Origin: Zygnema circumcarinatum SAG 698-1b
Taxonomy: Eukaryota > Plantae > Zygnematophyceae
Assembly (NCBI GenBank): GCA_037447605.1
Contig: CM074809.1
Location: 2,284,689-2,348,688, forward strand
Direction of reading: 5' to 3'
DNA length: 64,000 bases
The notes below the pieces were generated by a model that searched no databases, was not told the DNA's origin, and worked only from the letters and a program-made list of their open reading frames with translations. The translations under genes were made by a program, and so were the position numbers. Shown here piece by piece: positions 36,379 to 52,504 of this stretch; the first letter of the stretch is position 1, and every line of letters starts with the position of its first letter.

Positions 36379-39294
36379 TTACACGACGGTGGTTGGCCTG
36401 CTGGCCTTGAAGGTGGTCTTCAGGCTGCGGATCGAAGAACGGATCATTCGGTACGGAAGAGGGAAGCGGATTTTAGAGTCATGGAATTGTTTGGTGTTGT
36501 CACGTTTGCACAATGCCGGCTTCACTGTTGCAGTCTTGATAATCTGCATGCCTCCATTTGCCAGGATCCAGATAGTCATTACAGTATATATGTCGAACTT
36601 GATTTGAACCACAATGCAGCTTCCCCGCACAATAAACAGTTGAGTTTGGCCATTCTAACCAGACAACGCAATACTGAAACACAGCGCCGCTCCTGCATCT
36701 CAACCAGGGTAAGAGCTGTAGCATGCCTGAATGCACGGCTGTCGCACGCGGTGACGGGAGGCCATTTCATCATACATCTGCTCCACAGCACCATTTAAGG
36801 TTGTGTCACGGTATTCCTTGTACATGTTGTGGTAACCTGTACGGCTCTGGTAACGAACCCAAAGGCCAAAGTTCTTGATAGTTGTCGGTCTCTTTTCAAA
36901 AATCTGTCCTCCAAGGCAATCCTCCACCCACAAGTCAAAAAAGGCTAGACCCGAGGACCTGCAACTGCTAGGAAATTGCACCAGCTACTTGTTCTTACCC
37001 GTCATGTTCAGCTTACTGAGATTTTGACAGTTCCTGAACGTGAGCATAAGCTGACATGCAAGCAAGCATGCAAGCTTTAAAGAAAGGAGAAAATGGCCTG
37101 TCAGTTGAGGCAATCGCTAGATTTGGAGCTCTGCAACAAGTACCTCATTAATGGCAAGAATTTGACCATTGGCCTTCTTCACTCTCCTGAGCTTGCGAAG
37201 GAAGTACCTGAATAACCAGAAAACTACAGGAGTGAGAAACGCCGAGAGAATGCTCGCACTCTTCAGCTGGCTGGAGGAATTAGTATCCTGAACCGAGGAC
37301 AGTAAAATACGTTACCATGGCACCCTAAATTCCAAAAGTCTTAGACTTCCATCACTTCATATCGTAAATTCTACGTATAAAACACAAGACAAGGACCCCT
37401 TCACTGACACAAGAATGTCAGCATGAAAACATGGTCGCCCCAATACGCTCATTAACATCAAATCCAAAATAGGCTTGTCGTAATGATCAGACCGACATGA
37501 GACAAAGTGGAGCCTAAAACCGAAATGGGACGACGAACCTATTCCTAACTAGAAGAACAAAGGCAGACATCTCTGTAGGATAACAAAATCCATATGACCT
37601 CGTATGTGGAATGGTCTCAATATCTGGAATAGCATTGAGAATCAAAAAATAGCAATAAGGAAGGATGGTTTCTTTCCAAAGCACAACTATAGGCAGTGGA
37701 TTGAATTTGAGTCTGAGAAAACAATTGACGACCTGCATTGCAGAAGGCTTAAATTGTGGTTTGACAAGGACATAAACAAGCCTACAATACACTTGTGCCC
37801 TTGCCTTGACAGCCTGTACCCATGCAATAACCATAACCAGTTTCAAGAAACCCCCCAAGTTCAAGCCTAGATCCGCTTCAATCTAGATGGGAGAAGAAAC
37901 TGAAAGACTAGCAACTGTATGAAAACTGGCTAAGTATTAGACTTAAAAACTAAAAGCCCAGCGCCAGCAAGACTGCTCAACTGGTGACACAATAGCTACG
38001 GAAAATGTACTAACAAGAACAAAGGAGACTTGCAAAGCAATCTGGCAAACAAGTTCTGAAGGCCAGCAGCCACGAGCAATGGAATGCCATTGACAATTGA
38101 CCATTATAGGAGGTTAGAAAAATCATGTGGATGTCCTGATTTCCCAGCCTGCATTAAGTCGCAGTCACATGACGCCACCTTGCAATTTACGCTCGAACAA
38201 CTTATGCTAGCAACCACATACCCCTAGGGTGTCTGGAAAATCGACGAAGGTGAAATCCAATTTAGTTCATTTTCAGTAATACTCGTGGATACTGTCTTGT
38301 CCTAGTCATGCACAATGTGACAGGAGACAGAAAAAGACATGAAACCTAGAGAAAGAGTGTGACGGAAACGGAAACCTCGAATATATTAGAAGGTAAACGA
38401 CCATAAAAAGGAGCCTGCTTAACCGTGTAAAGGAGTAAAAGAAGGGGACGTCAAATTCTACGTGCGGCAAATAACCAGAAAGCCTGTCCTATGTAGAATA
38501 TACAAGAAACAGCCATTGAGGAACATAAACCGCCATCATAGCATGCAATAAGAATTGAAATGTTAAACATGCGACGAAAATACCTGCCATTCTAGTTTAT
38601 AGGGCCAAGAAAATTCTCATACTCTAGAAGCTGTGACTCCAAAAAAAATAAAGGAGCTACTTCTGATTAAACTGAAAGCTATCGTGCAGCACAGGCTTGA
38701 TCTCCCATCGCCAACCGACACGTGTTCCTACATGGGTCTGGCACAAAACAAGGGGATATAACCAGAGCCCTCCCCTTCAAAAGAGGAGTCCCCTCCACAG
38801 ATACAGAGGCCGTCGTTCAAGGAACGAGAACACCATTCTCCCTATTAAAAGTTGGAAGAAAAGTTCAGGATAGGTGCGGCCGAGACGTGCATGAATACGC
38901 AGCCCGCCATCAACGCTACCAATCTACAGCTCTCAACCCTTCCCACAACAACCCTCATGCTCGTATACATGCTCATTGGGAATGACATAGACGGCAGCAC
39001 TCACCAGAACTTGCTCTTTGCCCGCACCTCATCCAAAGCCCACAGCTTCATGCGGTAAATCTTTGGATTCTCCTCATTGGGAGTGGGCAGGGCCCGGCCC
39101 ACCACCTGATACTGGTGAAACTGCATCTCCGTCATGCCCCCACGCCAAAACCCTAAAAACCCATCAGCCAAGACTCAACAGCGTTTCTCTGCCAGCGGCA
39201 GCCGCAGGAACCCTAACGACTGTATCCTCTGTAGAACATAGAAATGAGCCTCCAGGCGCGGCTTCGGTTGCATCACCTTGTAGTTGGAGGCCAT
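36379..39294 (-). CDS. RPL18A: 60S ribosomal protein L18a (eL20)
   Basis: MASNYK|[39 protein letters not shown]|[21 protein letters not shown]|[59 protein letters not shown]|IIKTATV...PTTVV*. Confidence 0.97.
39147..39218 (+). promoter_or_regulatory. Telo-box-like motifs (AAACCCTAA) in RPL18a intron 1
   Basis: aaaaccctaaaaaccc at ~39147 and aaccctaac at ~39210. Telo-boxes are typical of the 5' regions of plant ribosomal protein genes. Confidence 0.5.
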
Positions 39295-39519
39295 GGCTGC
39301 CGCTGCTGCCGCTGACGACGGAAAGGGCCGAATTAGGGCGCCCCCGCCCTCTATGCCGAGAATGTCTCGCTCCTGGCCGTCGATTCACAGTCCGCATCGG
39401 ACGGCCCCCGACCCCCTCCGCTTCAAAGAAGCAGTACGAACTGTACGGTGGATCGACACGTGCGGGTGTTCTTCCTCGTTCAATTGTAGCGAGGTTGATT
39501 GCCTTGTTCTTGGGCATGG

Positions 39520-39682
39520 AGGGTTGTTGGGCCTAGAAGCCCAGAAGTAGACTTCCGCTGATGGGCATTTTTCTTTTTGTCCTAGGGTCCTTTGTGACTG
39601 GTTGGTTCATCGTGGTTCCCCATGTTTGACTTTGTCCATGCACGTTTGATGGCATCGCCATCGTGAGATCAATGCCAAATCC
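39520..39682 (+). mobile_element. CRE-family 3' UTR relic (~160 bp)
   Basis: gttgttgggcctagaag matches the LINE 3' UTR gttgttgcgcctagaag; ends tttgatggcatcgccatcgtgagatcaatgccaaatcc. Confidence 0.75.
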
Positions 39683-39930
39683 TTCACCACTTTTCTTATG
39701 GTTCATCCACTCGCTCGAAAGCACGCCTTGACAATTCCTCCCTCCCATGCCTCCTCGCAGCGCAGGACGCCATCGCCACTCCCTCGAGTCCGAGCTTGCA
39801 GGCGACTCGTCGAACCGGTACGGAACACGTACGTTGCCTTTTTTCAAACGTCGAACTGGCTCGTAACGAGTCCCACCTTGAACATGGCTCCAATAAGCAA
39901 TAAGCCAAATGATAGTCAATGCCACTTGGG

Positions 39931-40378
39931 CTAGTGGCCAACCATTGGACGGCAATGGTTGGCCGTTCAAGCGGAACCATTGGAATGGTTAGCAATCAGT
40001 GGAATGGTTGGAGACTGTTGGACGCAACCAATGACGAGTCCAATGGTTGACAACTGGTAGGAACCATTACGTAGAAAATGCAAAACTTTATACGTCGAGT
40101 GGCAGTTTCAAACTCATGAATTATATTTAATGGCAACGACATGCTTTAACCATTGTATCTGAGAGTAACATAAGAGCCTTTGGGAAAAGCTTAAACTGCT
40201 GCGAAATTCCCGAACCATTGACAATGGCTGGTAACCATTGAGTCCAATGGTTGCAATTGGCAGTGGTTGCTCGGTTCCCGAATCAATGGTTCGCAACCAA
40301 TCCTTTTGTTGGCAACCATTGGCGATGGTTGGCTGAAATCGCCAGCCAATGATTGGCAGCCATTCCAATGGTCGGATC
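39931..40378. repeat. Array of AACCATTG/CAATGGTT mini-hairpins in two blocks
   Basis: For example ggccaaccattg-gacgg-caatggttggcc (39936-39964), aaccatt-gg-aatggtt, aaccattg-agtc-caatggtt, caaccat-tggcg-atggttg. Confidence 0.8.
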
Positions 40379-40396
40379 TGTGCACCTTTTTTTCTT

Positions 40397-41112
40397 GGAG
40401 AACTATATACTCCCCCCCTTTTTGGTTATCCCGCCCCGGTTTTTTCGAAATCCTACCCATTTTGGCTATTCCGCCCCTGTTTCGGGATACCCCCACCCTG
40501 TTTTGGATATTCCCCCCCTGCTTTCTCCTTCTCACACATCAGCGCGACGTCCGTAAAGACATTCGCAGAGGGAGAGCAGAGGAGAGAGCAAAGGGGAGAG
40601 AGAGAGTGAGCAAAGGGGAGAGAGCAGAGGAGAGAAAGACTAGGAGAGAGAGCAGAGGAGAGAGAGCAGAGGAGAGAAAGACTAGGAGAGAGAGCAGAGG
40701 AGAGAGAGACCTCTATCCTCGTAGTTCCCCCCGCTAAAGCATTGCAGGTAGAGTCAGCGGTTATCGCTATGCTTGCCGATCTTGAGTGAAGTCCTTCCTG
40801 CTTGTAGTGCTTGGTCATGACTTGTACAAGCTCATCGCGAGTCTTATACTCAGTCATTTGTGTGGAGATTGCAAACCAGGAAGAGGAGGGGAGGGGAGGG
40901 GAGGGGAGGGGAGAGGACGGGAGGGGCGGGAAAAAGATTCCCTCTCGAAATATTCAAAACACGGGGGTTATCTCCTCCCGAAATATCCAAAATGGGAGGG
41001 GGGCGGAATAGCCAAAATGGGAGGGGGGGGGGCGGAATAGCCAAAATGGGAGGGTGGGATTTCAAAAAAACAGGGGCGGGATAACCGAAGGGGGTGGGGT
41101 ATATAGTTCTCC
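40397..41112. mobile_element. Non-autonomous MULE with possible transposase N-terminal relic
   Basis: TIRs ggagaactatatac... / ...gtatatagttctcc (~110 bp, imperfect); 9-bp flanks ttttttctt / ttttttttt. Minus-strand ORF from 40857, MTEYKTRDELVQVMTKHYKQEGLHSRS, resembles the MuDR/FAR1 N-terminal pattern (inference). GA-rich repeats lie inside. Confidence 0.75.
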
Positions 41113-41177
41113 TTTTTTTTTTTTTTTTGAGCGTGAAATTTCAGCTTTGAATATTTTTCTTCGTTTCCTTTTTTTTT

Positions 41178-42211
41178 GGAAAATGATACAGCGGCCCCAC
41201 TTTTTGGATATCGGCGCCCCCTTTTGGGAAAAAAATGTACTTTTTTTTTGGCTAATCACTCCCCCCCTTGGATCTTTCGGGAGGAGAGATCTTGTAGACA
41301 ATCGGACCCCGCGCCTTGCGCGAAGGATCCGACTGTGCACCGACGTACGGCACCGCGCATCGCGGCGTGGCCCGCGAGATGCGGCGAGCCTACGGAAAAG
41401 TTGTCCTCACCTGACCCGTTTGGGTCAAGGTTGCCACGTGGCAGTCTGCCATTGGACAGCCCTGCTGCCGGTCCCCCATGCCGATACAGTGGACCCCCAT
41501 AATATTTTCCACCTTGTACAGTGCGTCCCCAAGAAATTCGCCCCGATTTTGCCGAAACCACCTTTTTGTACGGTAACTCAATGTTAACGTACTAGGGGTG
41601 TTAACCTAACCTGACCTATTATCCAATACAAAATCTGTTTATCGAAACGGATTTCAAACATGGGTCACGCTTTTAAGCTGTACGGTAAGTACGAATAAAA
41701 TCTCTAAGTCGTACGGTATACGTACGGCCCCAATAGGAGATCGTGTATCTAAATCACGATACGATACGATACGTACGAACAGACATGAACTCTAACATAA
41801 TACCGCTCGCCTATTGGTAACACGGACCTTATATTTGCAAATTACAATATTTTCGCCCAGTATTTGCCGAAACCATGGCGAAAATATTATGGGGGTCCAC
41901 TGTATCGGCATGGGGGACCGGCAGCAGGGCTGTCCAATGGCAGACTGCCACGTGGCAACCTCTTACCCAAAAGGGTCAGGCGAGGACAACGTTTCCGTAG
42001 GCTCGCCGCATCTCGCGGGCCACGCCGCGATGCGCGGTGCCGTACGTCGGTGCACAGTCGGATCCTTCGCGCAAGGCGCGGGGTCCGATTGTCTACAAGA
42101 TCTCTCCTCCCGAAAGATCCAAGGGGGGGAGTGATTAGCCAAAAAAAAGTACATTTTTTTCCCAAAAGGGGGCGCCGATATCCAAAAAGTGGGGCCGCTG
42201 TATCATTTTCC
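41178..42211. mobile_element. MULE-type foldback element, ~320-bp TIRs, 9-bp poly-T TSD, with central Tc1-type MITE
   Basis: Starts ggaaaatgatacagcggcccc and ends ggggccgctgtatcattttcc; T9 at 41169-41177 and 42212-42220. Confidence 0.9.
41497..41902. mobile_element. Tc1/mariner-type MITE at the centre of the MULE foldback
   Basis: Perfect 22-bp TIRs cagtggacccccataatatttt / aaaatattatgggggtccactg, TA at 41495-41496 and 41903-41904. The body is homologous to 6085-6540. Confidence 0.85.
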
Positions 42212-42540
42212 TTTTTTTTTTGGTCCCAATTACAGTACTCAAAAGCACCTCGGCGGTACCGTACGTGTAGTCGTACGTCACTTTCTCACATTCATGACGA
42301 CCATGACGCACGCAAGTTTGCAACCTGCCGCAGACGGGATTACCGTAACTTGAAAAACCGAAAACCATCCGCCTGCAGCAAAGTGAAGTTGCAAACTGCC
42401 AACAGGCCGTACAGTTGTAAGCGGACTTGCGACGCGTGCCCCGTTTGTACCCGTCGCCGCCGCAGTGTGTCTCCAGTAGGCTTCCGCGCCTTGCAGCTCG
42501 TGTCTGTTTGCGGCTGCGTAAGGCCGGGACGTCGGCAGCC

Positions 42541-48430
<5,890 letters not shown>

Positions 48431-48674
48431 TCTGGACGAACGTCGTTTCAGGCATCTGCAGACGACCCATGCAAGCATCTTTTCATGTTTGTTTGCTTCT
48501 CTACAATATGAAAAGTCAAGTTATACCTTTCAACCAACCTTTGGCTACCGTCTGGCACCACATTGTAAGCGAAGACCACGGCGTCTTTCCTCACAAAAGT
48601 CAACAGAGGAGAGGAGTTCAACGCTCACATGCAAGACTTGTTTTTATCATACTAGAGGAGTAGTACGTGACGGA

Positions 48675-48795
48675 ATCAGGTTCAGCAATCAACTTCAATT
48701 TTCTTGATAATTTTTGATACACTAAAGCGCCGAGTACAAGAGGGGATCAGGTTCAGCAATCAACTTCAATTTTCTTGATAATTTGTTGATACACT
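48675..48795 (+). repeat. ~50-bp direct duplication with ~22-bp spacer in the LysRS 3' region
   Basis: atcaggttcagcaatcaacttcaattttcttgataattt...gatacact occurs twice. Confidence 0.9.
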
Positions 48796-49338
48796 TGGCG
48801 CAATTAAAACGCCTCCTCCCAGTCAAGTAACTATCAATCATGAAAGATAAGCCATCTGCAATCTGCTACTTGGACCCTTATCGACATTTTCCTTCTACAT
48901 CTTGTGCTCCTTGCCCAGGCCGTTGCACAAAACTGCACTGCACTAGACGCCACACAGGCGGGTAAACATAGAAATTACACTGCCTGCATTCCATTCCAAC
49001 GCGAGGTTCTACAAAATTTGTGATTCAGAATTGGCAAGTAATGCCAGGTGTTGTCCAGGATCGATCATTTCCACAACGAGGCATATCGTGCTTCTCTCGC
49101 CGCGACTTAGTTTGAAACTCCTCGTTAAAAAAGGCACACTTCCTAGATCAACTATGTATACCATGTATATGAGCTGTCGGCCCATAACAAAGTTCTCCAC
49201 AAGTGGTTGATCTGTTTCACAGGGCACACCATGAAAAGGAGAAGGCCGACGTACCCATCCAATCTATAGGCAGAGTCCTAAGGATGTTCGTGCTTGTGTG
49301 CTGTAAGGCGCAGGTACCTTCCTCAGCAGGCTGTCGTA

Positions 49339-51711
49339 TCAACCAAAGTAAAAGCTCATAGCCAAGCGAGTAGGATTGAATCTCGCAAGAATCACTGCTC
49401 GCCCTCCGCCTCCCCTCCCCACAGGCCCAATAGCCGTAAGCAGCAGAAGCTTCATCGGATCACTTGGCGAGAGGGGAGATCATTCCAGCATATACTTGCA
49501 AGCATTTATTCCTTTACACCTATCAAGCAGGTGGAGCTGCACATACGGAATGGAAGCGCAACTGCAAGAGCTCCGATTGGCAGAAGGAACAGAGTTGTCC
49601 GCTCCAAGAACGGAAGCACTGCAAGCAAATGCAGAGGAAGTGGTTCAGATGGTCATTCGAGCAAAGCTAGGGAATAGACAGTTTCATCAACTTGCGTCAA
49701 CGAAGATATGAACGACGGGTGAGGGTGGTGGTGAGAAGCGTGAAAGCCCACCATCATATCCTAAAAAGTTCAGATAATGGTAGTAAGAGAAGGCCAGGGC
49801 ATAGAGGACATTTGATAGGAGTGCCGGAACGAAGCCGGGCGCCAAAAGAAGCGGGGAGAGGAAATACTGCACGACTACAAACATCTCCGCCCCAGGAACC
49901 GGTATTGAAAGTAAGCCATACGCTCCTTTTCCATACCCAGAAGAAGATTCTGCAACCCCAATTTCAGCGTAGGAGCAGAGCTGCCGGAGCTACCAGGTTG
50001 TGGGATAGAGATGACATACCGTAAAGCAAGATGAAGACGGGAAAAAAGGAATTGCAATGCACATCAAAAGAGTAGAGCCTGCAGCATGAATGGAGACCTC
50101 TGTCAGCCACCAAAACAGCACCAAACAAATTCGAAAAAAACAGTCCACTGCAACACATACAAGCAGAACTCTGCACAGTATGCGAGTAACTTTACTGTAG
50201 TTTCAGTAGTTTCAGCTTTAGCATTACTTTTTTTTTCCCCCTCAGTTGGCTGCCATAATGAGCTGCGGGCGCAATAGTAGGCAGTCTTACCATTCCACCC
50301 GTTGCTCCACCACATGTGTCGGTCCTGCAGGTTCTTCCCTCAAGTACTGATTGCAGAGAAAACTGCAACCTCATATAAAAAAGAGGCGCCCCATCGTGCA
50401 TGTTCTATCAGAAGTTATCAAAGTTTCTGAGCACATCATATCTAATAGAATACCTTTCCGTGCCAACCAATCCACCAACGGACGCGTTACAGGTGGGTTT
50501 CAACTCCACTGTGAGTACATGGACTGCTATGCAAAAGAGTTGAGGCTGCTGCTAAGCAAACGTTGAGTGAAAGCATCAGTCTCCATTGCGAGTGCTTGCA
50601 TGCCCGAATAAGGTGAAGGGATGTGGACCGACTGACCAGCAGAGGGAAGCTAGGCCAACACCCACTAGTAGGAAATCCAGCAGTACAACCCACAGCACCG
50701 TTCTTCCCGCTTGAGCAATGCTTGCTCCATAACTGCATCCAACCCAGCTCTGCTCCTCTGCAGCTTTCTGAAACACGATCAAAGGATTGAGCTTAAAAAC
50801 AGCGAGGAAAACTTAGGAATCATAGAATTTTAGCGAAGGTGTAAGAGAGCTTACGCGGCACAAAAGGCGAGAGAAGCCACAGTCAGGAGGCCGCAGATAA
50901 TGACAAGAAAAGCTGGATCGTCCCGAGCCCATTGATTTTTTGTCTCTGTACCAGCTCCGCTCCACTCATAAGGGAGCCAAACAAGGATAAGATGCAGTCC
51001 ATACCATGCATGGTTATGAATTCTTGCTCACTGCAAGATTCAACGCTGCTACGTAATGACGCGAAAACCCTGGCGACCGTATCTTGCTGCTTTCATCAAC
51101 AGACACTTTCCTGCGACGTCACTCCCCTAGTTTATGCCTCCATCAAAGGAAACTAGCGTTGGGTACGTACGCTTATGGTACTTAGTGTGCTGATACCTGC
51201 AAGTCCGAATGCCATACTTTACATGTCAATTGAATGCCGTAAAACAATTTCAACCCTAAATGCTGCGCATTGCTCAACAATAGACAACATGTCGGTTAAA
51301 CTTCAAAGTGTCTACGCGTAGATTTAGCTAATGAGGATCACGTAACCGTGATAAATAACCTCCAGCAGACTTCCTCTAGAGTTGAATGAGACAACCGCGA
51401 CCATAAAAACGAAAGAGAAATCCGGTGCAGGGTGCGAACCCGCAGGACTCACACAATCTTTGGAGATGTACAGAGGTGCAGCATTTGCCAAAATGTGTAC
51501 TCGATATCCATCTGTCGCCACTGCATCATGAAACCATCAAATCCTAAGTGCTCGCCCCTCACCAGCCACGTCTGCTCTCAGCACTTGCAAGAGAAGGCAC
51601 TTTTCCTGCAGTCACCTTCACAATTCTCCGCAGATAGTGCGGGAAAAGCGGGTTTGTCCTGCTTGCCGCGGCGCGCGGCCCCCCCCCCCTCGCGCTCATA
51701 GTGGGCAGCAT
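49339..51711 (-). CDS. UNC50: UNC-50 / GMH1 family Golgi membrane protein
   Basis: MLPTMS...NPLFPHYLRRIVK|WRQMDIEYTFWQMLHLCTSPKIV|YQHTKYHK|TKNQWARDDPAF, YSFDVHCNSFFPVFILLY, YFLSPLL...YYHYLNFLGYD, FNPTRLAMSFYFG*. Confidence 0.95.
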
Positions 51712-52504
51712 CTCTCCCTGCGCTCTGCGCCCCCTCGCAGGCCCTCCTCCCTCCCTCCCTCCCCGTCCTTGTGCTTGTGCTAGGGCAAGGTCAAGGGCAG
51801 CTTCGCCGCTTCCCTACCGCCCCTCCGCTCTAAGCAGGGCATGTCTGGCTGGAAACCGTACGGTTTCGTACGGATGATGCATCTCTATGCTACTGTGCCG
51901 TGCAGCTCGCCAGCGCCGTAATGTTCTACATATACGGATCCGGGATTCTATGAACGGACATGGAAACAAGCTGTGGAACGGGATGCTATCCCTAACGGCC
52001 ACAGCGAACCTCGGGGGGCCATGAGCTGACTTGGACGACCCGCGCAAAGTGCAAAAGGGCCGCACGTCCTTCCGCGCTCGCCCCGCCATGTGGCGGTCCC
52101 CGGGCCGTCGATTGTTGCACGAGCGAGGCATCGCAGTCGTCCAATTCTGCGCACTGCTGCCGAGCGTCATCCCTGCGCTACGGAAACTGTCGGTACGGCT
52201 GCCCGACGGCCCCCCATTGGTCCGATCGTACGGGCAGGCGCCCTTTTGGGTCGAAACGTTTTCATGGCTGCCCGCGCCCATTCATTCGACTTGCGCGTTT
52301 TCCCGCCTTCGCCCTCCGGCGGGCGGGCGGGCAGGAGCAGGCGAACGGCCGCCGCAGCGGGCCAGGGAGGCGGAGGGCCGGGCAGGGGAGGGAGTGAGGG
52401 AGACAGGTGAGGGAAGGGGAGAGTGAGGGGGGGAGGGGAGAGCAGAGATGCGGAGAGGGGGGGAAAGGGAGGGAGATATGAGTAGGGGTTTGTGAGAGGT
52501 GCGT

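Noticed and set aside
37208-39003. Intronic snoRNA in the 1.8-kb RPL18a intron
   Set aside because: No convincing C box/D box pair with a terminal stem seen by eye. A snoscan or Infernal search would be needed.
39931-40378. Hairpin array as a CRISPR-like locus
   Set aside because: Eukaryotic context, units in both orientations, no regular repeat/spacer period and no cas genes.
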